Origin: an uncultured Mycoplasmatota bacterium
GTDB lineage: Bacteria; Bacillota_I; Bacilli_A; RF39; UBA660
DNA length: 64,000 nt
Reading direction: 5' to 3'
NCBI GenBank assembly: GCA_946403755.1
Contig: CAMJBC010000004.1
Coordinates: forward strand, 44,157 to 108,156
Positions 29,350-39,051 of this stretch are shown here, in pieces. Under the pieces are notes generated by a model that worked only from the letters and a program-made list of their open reading frames with translations, was not told the DNA's origin and ran no database searches. Position 1 is the first letter of the stretch; each line of letters begins with the position of its first letter. The position numbers were made by a program, and so were the translations under genes.

Positions 29350-29381
29350 AAAAAAAAACATTTGTAAATAATCACAAATGC
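29350..29381 (-). terminator. Rho-independent terminator after the 223-aa gene
   Basis: CATTTGT-gattattt-ACAAATG hairpin followed by a 9-nt T-run on the minus strand. Confidence 0.65.
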
Positions 29382-29388
29382 TTCTTTA

Positions 29389-30060
29389 TTATTCAGCTGA
29401 TTCTTCAACTACGTCGCCTGCTGGTTCATCATCAACTACTACTGAATAATCATCTGTAGAATAATTAAGATTAAAATCAGTATCGTCTTGAACTTCTACT
29501 GTATTATCATCATAATTAAATTCAATAGAACCGTCTTCAATACCATTAGCAACTCCAGACATAAATCCACCAATCATAGCTGCGAATACAAATACATATA
29601 GAATAATCATAATAACTTGAAGTATTACTGCTACTAATGCACCGATTCCAGCTTTTTTAGCATCTCCATGTCTAGTATTTTTCCAAACTAAGAATAAAAT
29701 TAAACCTATTAATGGGAAGAAGAAACCTAATACTGCCCATCCAAAGCTTCCTTTATCTTCAACTGGTGCTGCAGGAGCAGCTGCCTCTGGAGCTGGTGCT
29801 TCCATTGGAGTTACAGGAGTTGGAGCTTCTGGTGCAGCAGCAACTTCTGGCATTGCTGGGGCTTCTGGCATCATTGGTGTTTCAGGCATTGCTGGTGCTT
29901 CTGGCATTACAGGAGCTTCAGGCATTGCTGGGGCTTCTGGTGCAGCTGGCATTTCTGGTGCAACTGGCATCGCAGGCATTTCTGGTGCTTCTGGCATCAT
30001 TGGTGCTTGATCCATCATAGGTTGTGTATTGTCAACATTATTTAAATTCTCCTCGTTCAT
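29389..30060 (-). CDS. Membrane protein with an N-terminal (M/A)PEAP repeat region and a conserved TM-hairpin domain
   Basis: About 80 aa of MPEAP-type repeats, then [40 protein letters not shown], a second TM helix and an acidic C-terminal domain. Paralogue of the 124-aa ORF upstream. Confidence 0.7.
   Translation of the reverse strand: MNEENLNNVDNTQPMMDQAPMMPEAPEMPAMPVAPEMPAAPEAPAMPEAPVMPEAPAMPETPMMPEAPAMPEVAAAPEAPTPVTPMEAPAPEAAAPAAPVEDKGSFGWAVLGFFFPLIGLILFLVWKNTRHGDAKKAGIGALVAVILQVIMIILYVFVFAAMIGGFMSGVANGIEDGSIEFNYDDNTVEVQDDTDFNLNYSTDDYSVVVDDEPAGDVVEESAE
29761..30006 (-). repeat. In-frame degenerate 15-nt tandem repeat encoding (M/A)PEAP units
   Basis: Encodes [50 protein letters not shown]. 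Visibly GC-richer than the flanks. Confidence 0.8.
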
Positions 30061-30133
30061 CTTTTTCCTCCTATTATATTTCTATTATATAAAAAAAAGA
30101 TGTTTAGGTAAACACTTTTTTTATTTTACTTTA

Positions 30134-30508
30134 CTATTCTGCTGTATTAATACGAATTGTTTCGCCTGTAACAGTGTTATAGCATTCCCAAACACCCTTT
30201 ACTTCTCTAGCTTCATAATTAGCTCCATATGTATCACATGTTTGTTGTACAACACTATTTTGAATACTATTCCATCCAAAGAAATAGAATAAAGCACCTA
30301 ATATTATAGGCATAAATACACTTACAAGAAAACCAACTAATGCTCCTACTCCAGCTTTCTTAGCATCTCCATGTTTAGTATCTTTCCAAACTAAGAATAA
30401 TATTAAACCTATTAATGGAAAAAAGAAGCCTAATACTGCCCATCCAAAGTTTCCTTTATCAGTTTTTTCTTCTGGTGCTATTCCTGGCATGTAATTTTGA
30501 TTATCCAT
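30134..30508 (-). CDS. Small membrane protein, paralogue of the TM-hairpin domain of the 223-aa ORF
   Basis: [40 protein letters not shown] is nearly identical to the neighbour, including at the nucleotide level (about 30381-30450 vs 29690-29760). Confidence 0.7.
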   Translation of the reverse strand: MDNQNYMPGIAPEEKTDKGNFGWAVLGFFFPLIGLILFLVWKDTKHGDAKKAGVGALVGFLVSVFMPIILGALFYFFGWNSIQNSVVQQTCDTYGANYEAREVKGVWECYNTVTGETIRINTAE

Positions 30509-30535
30509 AAAAATCCTCCTATAATTTAATTATAT

Positions 30536-30568
30536 TAAAAAAAGATATTATTAAAAATATCTTTTTAT
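30536..30568 (-). terminator. Rho-independent terminator after der
   Basis: AAAGATATT-attaaa-AATATCTTT hairpin followed by a T-run on the minus strand. Confidence 0.65.
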
Positions 30569-30573
30569 TAATT

Positions 30574-31890
30574 TTACAAATCTTGTTCACCTTTATTCTT
30601 AAATTGAATAATTATTGGTGTACCACTAAAATCTATATTTTCTCTTATTTTATTTTCAAGGTATCTATAATAACTAAAATGTACTAATCCTTTAGAGTTA
30701 ACTTCTATATCAAACCTTGGTGGTTTAATTCCAGATTGATGAGTAAAATATACTTTTAATTTTTTACCTTTAAATGATGCTGGTGGTGTTTCTATAAATG
30801 CATCTCTTATTACATCATTTATTACATTAGTTTTAACTTCTTTAATGCTATTATTATAAGATGTTAATACTTCTGGCATTAATGTATGTATTCTTTTTTT
30901 AGTTTGTGCACTTAAGAAAACTATCTTAGCATAATCCATAAATTGGAAATTATTTTTAATAGTTTTAGTCCATTCTTTAATAGCATCATCTTTTTCTTCT
31001 ATTGTGTCCCATTTGTTAACAACTATTACTGTAGGTTTTCCTGCTTCTAGAGCATAACCTGCTATATGTTTATCATGTTCTACTATTCCTGTAGTTGCAT
31101 CAAGTACTAATAAACATACATCACTTCTATCAATAGCTTTCATACTTCTTAATAATGAATATTTTTCTACTGATTCAAAGATCTTACCTTTTTTTCTTAA
31201 ACCAGCTGTATCTATTAAAGTATATTCTTCTTTATTATAAGTAAATTTTGTATCTATAGCATCTCTTGTAGTACCAGCAACATCACTAACAATAACTCTT
31301 TCTTCATTTAATAATGCATTTACTAAACTAGATTTACCAACATTAGGTCTACCAATAACAGCTATTTTGATGTTGTCATCATCATCTTCATATCCTTCTT
31401 CATAACCTTCAGTAAGATTTTTTAATAAATCATTTACTCCAGTGCCATGTTCAGCTGATATAGGATAATATTCATCAAATCCTAATGAATAGAATTCATA
31501 AATATTTTTTTGTCCTGTACTATTATCTACTTTATTAATAGCTACAACTACTCTTTTATTTTGCTTTTTTAACATATCACGAATAATCATATCATTATTA
31601 GTGATTCCATCTTTAGAGTCTACAATAAAAACAATAGTATCTGCTTCTTCAATACCAATTTCTACTTGAGCTTTTATTTCATCATTAAAATCTCCATCTT
31701 TAATATCAATACCACCAGTATCAATTAAATAAAATGGAATATTATTATATGATGCTTGACTATATATTCTGTCTCTAGTAATTCCAGGAGCATCTTCAAT
31801 AATAGCTACTTTTTTACCAACAATTCTATTAAATAATGTTGATTTACCAGTATTTGGTCTACCAACTAAACATATAGTTTGCTTTGCCAT
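30574..31890 (-). CDS. der: Ribosome-biogenesis GTPase Der (EngA), double G domain
   Basis: Two G domains (GRPNTGKST...DTGG...NKVD and GRPNVGKSS...DTAG...NKWD) plus a KH-like C-terminus. Preferred start is ATG 31890; the track start 31899 is a GTG. Confidence 0.93.
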   Translation of the reverse strand: MAKQTICLVGRPNTGKSTLFNRIVGKKVAIIEDAPGITRDRIYSQASYNNIPFYLIDTGGIDIKDGDFNDEIKAQVEIGIEEADTIVFIVDSKDGITNNDMIIRDMLKKQNKRVVVAINKVDNSTGQKNIYEFYSLGFDEYYPISAEHGTGVNDLLKNLTEGYEEGYEDDDDNIKIAVIGRPNVGKSSLVNALLNEERVIVSDVAGTTRDAIDTKFTYNKEEYTLIDTAGLRKKGKIFESVEKYSLLRSMKAIDRSDVCLLVLDATTGIVEHDKHIAGYALEAGKPTVIVVNKWDTIEEKDDAIKEWTKTIKNNFQFMDYAKIVFLSAQTKKRIHTLMPEVLTSYNNSIKEVKTNVINDVIRDAFIETPPASFKGKKLKVYFTHQSGIKPPRFDIEVNSKGLVHFSYYRYLENKIRENIDFSGTPIIIQFKNKGEQDL

Positions 31891-32054
31891 ATCCTCCACC
31901 TCGCATACATTATAATCTAAAACTTATTATTTTTCTAGTATTTTTAATATATTTAACTATAATGAATGTAATAAAAAAACATGTTTTTAAGTGTCAACTT
32001 ATAGTAAAAATATTAATTTATTATTTTTAATTATATATAATATAGATAAAGAAG

Positions 32055-33065
32055 GTGATACATTTGAAAGTAAAAAAGAAACAAGATAACACAACATTAT
32101 ATATTGTTATAATTATTTTACTTGCATGTATTATTACCTATTTAACTATTATAACAATTCATGAAGATAAACAAGTTGGTGTTGATAATGAAACACCAAT
32201 TACAGTAATTGAAGGAAAGGATACTACTAAAGAAGAATATATCTATAAAGAAGATCTTTTAACTTTAGGTTATACAAATAATGATGTTATGGAAATAGAA
32301 AAAACATTTACTAAAGATGAAGTAAAAAATAATTTATTAGATAAAAAGTATAATAATTTATTAAAATTTAAAGAATCTAAATATTTTAATATAAATAATT
32401 TAAATAGATATCAAAATTATTTTGATAAAAATAAATATACTGAAGAACAAGCTGTTATGTATGTTGAGATTGGATTAGATGTTCCATTCTATACTAATAT
32501 CAAAAGTGCTGATACTTCTAAAGGTTCATTAATTCTTGTTAATAAATACTACTCTATTAATGAAAGTTATGATGCTAACCTTGAAACATTAGGTGATGGA
32601 TATGGAAAAGGAAAATTAAATAAAGAAGCTGCTAAACATTTTAGAGAAATGGTTGATGCTGCTAAAAAAGATGGAATTAAATTAAGAAGTATTTCTGCAT
32701 ATAGAAGTTATTCAAGTCAAAAAAGCATATATAATAATTATGTTAGCAAAGATGGTAGAACTAAAGCTGATACATATTCTGCAAGACCAGGTCATTCTGA
32801 ACACAATACTGGATTAGCAGTTGATATTAATACAGCTAGTTCATCAGCTCACTTTGAAAAAACTAAAGAATATGAATGGTTAATAAATAATTCTTATAAA
32901 TATGGATTTATATTAAGATATCCAGAAGATAAAATGTTTATAACTGGTTATAAATATGAACCTTGGCATTATAGATATTTGAATGTTGAAGTTGCTACTG
33001 AAATACATGAACTTAATGTTACATATGAAGAATATTTAGTTATGGCAAGAGAAAAGGAAGTTTAA
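32055..33065 (+). CDS. VanY/M15B-family D-alanyl-D-alanine carboxypeptidase, signal-anchored
   Basis: SAYRSYSSQ, ARPGHSEHNTGLAVDI and EPWHYRY motifs with an N-terminal TM helix. The start is uncertain: GTG 32055 or TTG 32064 after AAGGTG. Confidence 0.8.
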   Translation: MIHLKVKKKQDNTTLYIVIIILLACIITYLTIITIHEDKQVGVDNETPITVIEGKDTTKEEYIYKEDLLTLGYTNNDVMEIEKTFTKDEVKNNLLDKKYNNLLKFKESKYFNINNLNRYQNYFDKNKYTEEQAVMYVEIGLDVPFYTNIKSADTSKGSLILVNKYYSINESYDANLETLGDGYGKGKLNKEAAKHFREMVDAAKKDGIKLRSISAYRSYSSQKSIYNNYVSKDGRTKADTYSARPGHSEHNTGLAVDINTASSSAHFEKTKEYEWLINNSYKYGFILRYPEDKMFITGYKYEPWHYRYLNVEVATEIHELNVTYEEYLVMAREKEV

Positions 33066-33075
33066 AAACTTCCTT

Positions 33076-34353
33076 TTATTTTACTGTACTAATAATAATC
33101 TTTTTAACTTGTCTTTTTCTCTTTTCAATATTAAATGCATCTTTAAAGATATTTTCCATATCTTCAACTTTCTTATTGTAATAAATTACACCTAATATTT
33201 CACCTTTATTAACCTTTTCACCAAGTTGTTTATTTAATATTACTCCACAAGCATAATCTATACCATCTGTTTTCTTTTTTCTACCTGCTCCTAAATCAAA
33301 TACTAATTTAGCTATTACATTAGAATCTATAGAATTAACATATCCAGTTTTATCACTAACAACAATATATTTTTTAGCTTTTTCTTTTAATTTAGTTAAA
33401 TCTCCACCTTGATATTTAATCCATTGATAGAATTTAGTTTTAGCATAACCATTTTCAAGAAGGTTTAATACTATTGATTTAGCTCTTCTAAATGATATAT
33501 TTTTAGCACTACTAATCATTAAACTAGAAATATATACTGATAATTCATATAATCTTTTATCATGTTTACCAGCAAAGAAATCCATAGCTTCTCTAACTTC
33601 TAGTGCATTACCAATATTTCTACCTAATGGGATATTCATATCACTTAAAGTACAAATAACTTTTTTATTATAAGCCTTTCCAATTTTAACCATTGTTTTA
33701 GCAAGTTTAGTAGCTTCTTTTACATTCTTCATGAATGCACCTTTACCTACTTTAAGATCTATGATAATAATATCACTACCACTTGCTATCTTTTTAGACA
33801 TTATAGAACTAGCTATTAATGGAATAGAATCAACTGCTCCTATTTCATTTCTAAGAGCATATATTTTTTTATCTGCTACCGCTATTTTTTCACTTTGAGA
33901 TATAACAGCACATCCTACTTTAGATAGCGCTTCAATAAATTGTTTTCTATTAAGATTTAATTTATATCCTGGTATACTTTCTAATTTATCAACTGTTCCT
34001 CCAGTAAGACCTAAACCTCTACCACTCATTTTAGGAACACATACACCTGCAGCAGCAACAATTGGAGAAACTATTAAAGTAATTTTATCTCCTACACCAC
34101 CAGTTGAATGTTTATCAACAACTGGCATTTTTAAGCTACTTAAATCTATCTCTTCTCCACTTTTAATCATTACATCTGTAAGAGCTACTGTTTCATCTAA
34201 AGTAAGTCCATTATTATAAATAAGCCATAAGAAATCTGACATAGTCTTATCATTTATTTTACCCTTAACATATGAATTAACCATATATTGTATTTCATCA
34301 TATTCTAATATTTCATTTTTTTGTTTCTTTTCTATAATATCTATTGCTTTCAT
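33076..34353 (-). CDS. pdp: Pyrimidine-nucleoside (thymidine) phosphorylase
   Basis: DKHSTGGVGDK, GRGLGLTGGT and IPLIASSIMSKK motifs. 425 aa. Confidence 0.9.
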   Translation of the reverse strand: MKAIDIIEKKQKNEILEYDEIQYMVNSYVKGKINDKTMSDFLWLIYNNGLTLDETVALTDVMIKSGEEIDLSSLKMPVVDKHSTGGVGDKITLIVSPIVAAAGVCVPKMSGRGLGLTGGTVDKLESIPGYKLNLNRKQFIEALSKVGCAVISQSEKIAVADKKIYALRNEIGAVDSIPLIASSIMSKKIASGSDIIIIDLKVGKGAFMKNVKEATKLAKTMVKIGKAYNKKVICTLSDMNIPLGRNIGNALEVREAMDFFAGKHDKRLYELSVYISSLMISSAKNISFRRAKSIVLNLLENGYAKTKFYQWIKYQGGDLTKLKEKAKKYIVVSDKTGYVNSIDSNVIAKLVFDLGAGRKKKTDGIDYACGVILNKQLGEKVNKGEILGVIYYNKKVEDMENIFKDAFNIEKRKRQVKKIIISTVK

Positions 34354-34407
34354 ATAGCCTCCTATTATTACTATCTTATTATAACAAAAAAGTAGACCTT
34401 AGTCTAC

Positions 34408-36303
34408 TTATTCGAGTTCAAATTTTCCAGTATATAATTCATAATATCTACCCTTTTGAGCCATTAATTCTTCATGATTACCTCTTTCAATTATTTTACC
34501 ATTTTCCATAACCATAATTGCTTTAGAATTTTGTATTGTAGATAATCTATGAGCTATTACAAATACTGTTCTACCTTGCATTAATTTATCCATACCATCT
34601 TGTACTATTTTTTCAGTTCTTGTATCTATTGAAGAAGTTGCTTCATCAAGAATCATAGCTGGTGGATTAGCAACAGCACATCTTGCGATAGACAATAACT
34701 GTCTTTGTCCTTGTGATAAATTAGCTCCATTACCAGTTATTTTAGTATTATATCCATCTGGTAACATTTCGATAAAATCATGTGCATTAGCAAGTTTAGC
34801 TGCTTCTATACATTCTTCATCAGTAGCATATTTTTTACCATATTTAATGTTTTCCATAATAGTTCCATCAAATAAATTAGTATCTTGTAAAACCATTCCT
34901 AAACTTCTTCTTAAATCTTTTTTATTTATTTCATTAATATCAATACCATCATATGTAATAGTACCCTTATCAACATCATAAAATCTATTTAATAAATTAG
35001 TTATTGTAGTTTTACCTGCTCCAGTTGAACCAACAAATGCTATTTTTTGACCTGGTTTAGCATATAAACTAATATCATGTATTACTTCTTTTCCTTTTAC
35101 ATAACTAAAGTGTACATTATGAAATCTTACATCACCTTTTAATGGAATTAATTCATCATCTTTTTTCCATGCCCAAAGTCCTGTATATTTATCACTTTCT
35201 ATTAATTCACCTTTATCTTCTTTAACAAATACTAATCTTACTTTACCATTGTTTTCTTCTACAGGTTCATCAATTAAAGCAAATATTCTTTCTGCTCCTG
35301 AAAGACCCATAATAATTGAATTAAATTGACTAGTAACTTGCATTATTGGCATTGTAAAACTTCTTGTTAAAGTTAAAAATGCAGCTACACTACCAAGAGT
35401 TAAATTATGATATTTAATAGCAAATATTCCACCAATAAATGCTATTACTACATATATTAAATTACCTATATTATGAGTAACTGGTCCCATTATATTACCT
35501 AATGCGTTAGCAGTACTAGAATTAACAAATAATTTATCATTTAATTTATCAAATGCTTCTTTTGCTTCTTCTTCATAAGTAAATACTTTTACTACTTTTT
35601 GACCAGAAATCATTTCTTCAATATATCCATTTAATTCACCAAGTGATTCTTGTTGTTTTTTAAAATATATTCTAGATTTAACCATAATATTTTTAGTAAG
35701 AGTTATCATTAAGATTATTCCTACTATTACTATTAAAGTTAAAGGTATATTTAATATTAACATAGATACAAATGTTACTGTTAGAGTAATACTTGATTGA
35801 ATCATACTTATTATTGATTGAGATATCATTTGTCTTAATGTATCAGTATCATTAGTATATTTACTCATAATATCTCCATATAGATTTTGATCAAAATAAG
35901 ATATTGGTAAATCTTGCATATGATTAAACATATCATCTCTAATATTTTTAAGTATTCCTTGAGATACATAAATCATTATTCTATTTTGAGTAAATGAAAA
36001 TATTACTCCTAATAAATATATACTTGCCATAATACATAAGAAATGAATTAGTCCTGTATAAACTGGATTTTCCATTCCTACAAGTGGTGTAATATAATCA
36101 TCTATCAATGTCTTAATAAATAATTGACTAGCTACTGTTGCTAGTGAACTAATAATAATACATATAAATACAATAATATATTGCCATTTATATTTTTTCA
36201 TATAACTTAATACTCTTAAAAAAGTATTTTTATTAAATTTAGGTTTTTCAGTAGCTATTCTCATTCCTCTAGGTCCTTGAGGTAATTTTTTACTTTCTTT
36301 CAT
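34408..36303 (-). CDS. ABC exporter, fused permease/ATPase, subunit with the consensus site
   Basis: Six-TM domain plus an NBD with GSTGAGKTT, LSQGQRQLL and ILDEATS. Confidence 0.9.
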   Translation of the reverse strand: MKESKKLPQGPRGMRIATEKPKFNKNTFLRVLSYMKKYKWQYIIVFICIIISSLATVASQLFIKTLIDDYITPLVGMENPVYTGLIHFLCIMASIYLLGVIFSFTQNRIMIYVSQGILKNIRDDMFNHMQDLPISYFDQNLYGDIMSKYTNDTDTLRQMISQSIISMIQSSITLTVTFVSMLILNIPLTLIVIVGIILMITLTKNIMVKSRIYFKKQQESLGELNGYIEEMISGQKVVKVFTYEEEAKEAFDKLNDKLFVNSSTANALGNIMGPVTHNIGNLIYVVIAFIGGIFAIKYHNLTLGSVAAFLTLTRSFTMPIMQVTSQFNSIIMGLSGAERIFALIDEPVEENNGKVRLVFVKEDKGELIESDKYTGLWAWKKDDELIPLKGDVRFHNVHFSYVKGKEVIHDISLYAKPGQKIAFVGSTGAGKTTITNLLNRFYDVDKGTITYDGIDINEINKKDLRRSLGMVLQDTNLFDGTIMENIKYGKKYATDEECIEAAKLANAHDFIEMLPDGYNTKITGNGANLSQGQRQLLSIARCAVANPPAMILDEATSSIDTRTEKIVQDGMDKLMQGRTVFVIAHRLSTIQNSKAIMVMENGKIIERGNHEELMAQKGRYYELYTGKFELE

Positions 36304-36304
36304 T

Positions 36305-38020
36305 TTATTTACCTCCTTTCACTTGTGAATGATATACTTCTTGATATATTTTGTTATTCTTTAGTAAATTCTTTGGAGTATCAAAAGCATTTATTTTTCC
36401 ATTATCAAGTACTATTACTTTATCAGCATGTTCAATTGAATTAATTCTTTGAGCAATAATAATCTTAGTAACTTCAGGAATATATTTTTTAAATGCTTCT
36501 CTTATTTTAGCATCAGTTGCTGTATCAACAGCACTTGTTGAATCATCTAATATTAATATTTTAGGTCTTTTTAATAATGCTCTAGCGATACATAATCTTT
36601 GTTTTTGTCCACCAGAAAAATTATTACCACCTTGTTCAACTTCACTGTCATATTTATCAGGTAATTCTTCTATAAATTCATCAGCACATGCTATAGCGCA
36701 AGCTTCTTGCATTTCAAGTAATGTTGCTGTTTTATTACCCCATTTTAAATTATCTTTTATTGTTCCACTAAATAATACATTCTTTTGTAAAACAACTGAT
36801 ACATTATCTCTTAAATAATCTAAATCATAGTCTCTTACATCAACATTACCAACTAATACTTTTCCCTTTTGAACATCATATAATCTACTTATTAAACTAA
36901 CAAGTGATGATTTTGAACTACCTGTTGATCCTATGATTCCAATAGTTTCTCCACTCTTAATATTAAGATTAATATTTTTTAATACTAATTTATCTTTATA
37001 TCCAAATGAAACATTATCAAAAATAATACTTCCATCTTTCATATCTTTAACTGGATTTTCTGGAGATTTTAAATTAGATTTTTCTTCTAATATTTCTACT
37101 ATTCTCTCTCCACTAGAAAGTGCCAATGTTAAGAAAACCATAGTCATAGATATCATCATTAAACTACCTAAAATACTACCACCATAAGTAATTAAACTAG
37201 TTAGTTCTCCTGCTGTTAATTCTGAATTAACAATCATTCTAGCACCAAACCAAGATATTAATATAATTCCTGTATACATGCAAAGTTGCATAACAGGTCC
37301 ATTATAAGCAACTAACTTTTCAGCAGATAAGAATCTATCATATATTAGCTTAGATACTTTAGCAAATTTATCTTTTTCATATTCTTCTTTAACAAAAGAT
37401 TTAACTACCCTAATACCTCTAACATTTTCTTGAACACTTTCATTTAACTCATCATATGTTTTAAATACTTTTTCAAATAATGGATGAGCTTTTCTAATAA
37501 TTAAGAATAATGCTGTTGCTAAAACAGGTATTAAACATAAAAATATAACAGATATTCTTTTATTAATTTTAAATGCCATAAATAATGAAAATAATAACAT
37601 TAAAGGTGCTCTTACTGTAATTCTAATTAACATTTGATATGCACCTTGTACATTAGATACATCTGTTGTAAGTCTTGTAATAATACTTGATGTTGAAAAC
37701 TTATCAATATTATTAAATGAAAAATCTTGAACATTATAATACATATCTTGTCTTAGGTTCTTAGCAAAACCACAACTAGCACGAGATGCAAAAACACCTG
37801 CAAGAGTTCCAAATAATAATGAACATAATGCATATATAATTAATGTAATTCCACACTTAGTAACTACATCCATATTACCTGCACTTATTCCATTATCAAG
37901 TAAATCAGCCATAGTATATGGAATTATTACTTCAACTAATACTTCTAATATAATAAATATAATTGAATATATAGATACTTTTTTATATTCTCTAACACTT
38001 TTAAATAGTTTTTTAAACAT
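36305..38020 (-). CDS. ABC exporter, fused permease/ATPase, subunit with the degenerate site
   Basis: The NBD has GSTGSSKSS (Gly to Ser in Walker A), FSGGQKQRL and ILDDSTS (catalytic Glu to Asp). This is the classic heterodimeric exporter with one non-canonical site. Confidence 0.88.
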   Translation of the reverse strand: MFKKLFKSVREYKKVSIYSIIFIILEVLVEVIIPYTMADLLDNGISAGNMDVVTKCGITLIIYALCSLLFGTLAGVFASRASCGFAKNLRQDMYYNVQDFSFNNIDKFSTSSIITRLTTDVSNVQGAYQMLIRITVRAPLMLLFSLFMAFKINKRISVIFLCLIPVLATALFLIIRKAHPLFEKVFKTYDELNESVQENVRGIRVVKSFVKEEYEKDKFAKVSKLIYDRFLSAEKLVAYNGPVMQLCMYTGIILISWFGARMIVNSELTAGELTSLITYGGSILGSLMMISMTMVFLTLALSSGERIVEILEEKSNLKSPENPVKDMKDGSIIFDNVSFGYKDKLVLKNINLNIKSGETIGIIGSTGSSKSSLVSLISRLYDVQKGKVLVGNVDVRDYDLDYLRDNVSVVLQKNVLFSGTIKDNLKWGNKTATLLEMQEACAIACADEFIEELPDKYDSEVEQGGNNFSGGQKQRLCIARALLKRPKILILDDSTSAVDTATDAKIREAFKKYIPEVTKIIIAQRINSIEHADKVIVLDNGKINAFDTPKNLLKNNKIYQEVYHSQVKGGK

Positions 38021-38064
38021 CTAATCACTTCCCAAACATATAAAAAGAGTATATGTCTTAAAAC

Positions 38065-38093
38065 ATTATACCCTATTAATAATCTATTTACAA
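38065..38093 (-). promoter_or_regulatory. Candidate promoter of the ABC exporter operon
   Basis: The minus strand reads TTGTAA, a 17-nt spacer, then TATAAT, upstream of the start at 38020. Confidence 0.45.
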
Positions 38094-39038
38094 TTAATAT
38101 GTTTTAATTGATATGAAATTAGAAGAACCGCCAGAAGCCTCACCTGATGCTGTTAAAACATCTCCTGTTTTTTTATCAATAACTTTTCCATTTTCTATTG
38201 TTAATGTGTGTACATAAAATTCATTACCAGAGAATTGATCAGATTCACTAGTATCGTCATCTGACTCTCTATATTTTGCTTCTAGATAGTTAATTTTATC
38301 ACCCTTTATTGCATAATAATGGAAGTAAGAATAATCTTCCCCTTCATCAGCATATACAAATTCTTTTTTAGCATCACCTGTTATTTTTCCATAACCAAGG
38401 TTTAAATCAATATACATATATACTAAAGCATTACTGGAATCATCAATAACATATAGTTTTTCAGAATCTTGTGGTCCTCCACCATCTAATCTTACAGTAA
38501 CATATTCTTTTTTATTATTGTCAGTTACTTTATTTAATTCTAATAAATCATTTGTGTAAGAAGATAGTCTTTCTTTAGTTAAAGTACAATCTTCACTATC
38601 ATCATCTATATAATCACATTCATCATAATATACACCATTTTTATTACCATTTTTAACTGCCTTATCATTAAGATATATATCATAATATAGATTATAAAAA
38701 CTTTTTTCTAATTCTTTATCATATTCTTTTAAAATATAGTATTTTAAACTAACAGTTACATCTTTTCCATTTAGTTTAATCTTTTTAGATTCTATATCGA
38801 AAATTTCATTTTCTTTAACATCAACTACAACCTCTTCTTCATCTTCATCTTCTTCAGTAAGTGTTACTTCAGTTTGAGTTGGTTTAGTTGTTTCATTATT
38901 AATTGGATCTGAAGTTTGATTATTTTTTAAACCAAATATTATATAACAAGCTAATCCAACTACTATAAATGATAAAATAACTATAATTATTATTAATACC
39001 TTTCTATTATTATTTGATACTTCAACATTATTATCCAT
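38094..39038 (-). CDS. Signal-anchored acidic hypothetical protein
   Basis: TM helix VLIIIIVILSFIVVGLACYIIFGL, an acidic linker (EEDEDEEE), then a Tyr/Asp-rich domain. No motif recognised. Confidence 0.55.
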   Translation of the reverse strand: MDNNVEVSNNNRKVLIIIIVILSFIVVGLACYIIFGLKNNQTSDPINNETTKPTQTEVTLTEEDEDEEEVVVDVKENEIFDIESKKIKLNGKDVTVSLKYYILKEYDKELEKSFYNLYYDIYLNDKAVKNGNKNGVYYDECDYIDDDSEDCTLTKERLSSYTNDLLELNKVTDNNKKEYVTVRLDGGGPQDSEKLYVIDDSSNALVYMYIDLNLGYGKITGDAKKEFVYADEGEDYSYFHYYAIKGDKINYLEAKYRESDDDTSESDQFSGNEFYVHTLTIENGKVIDKKTGDVLTASGEASGGSSNFISIKTY

Positions 39039-39051
39039 ATTATCTAATCTC

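Noticed and set aside
29712-30020. 102-aa Leu/Gln-rich plus-strand ORF
   Set aside because: It is the mirror frame of the (M/A)PEAP repeat on the minus strand. An open frame is expected in a stop-poor GC-rich repeat, and there is no RBS.
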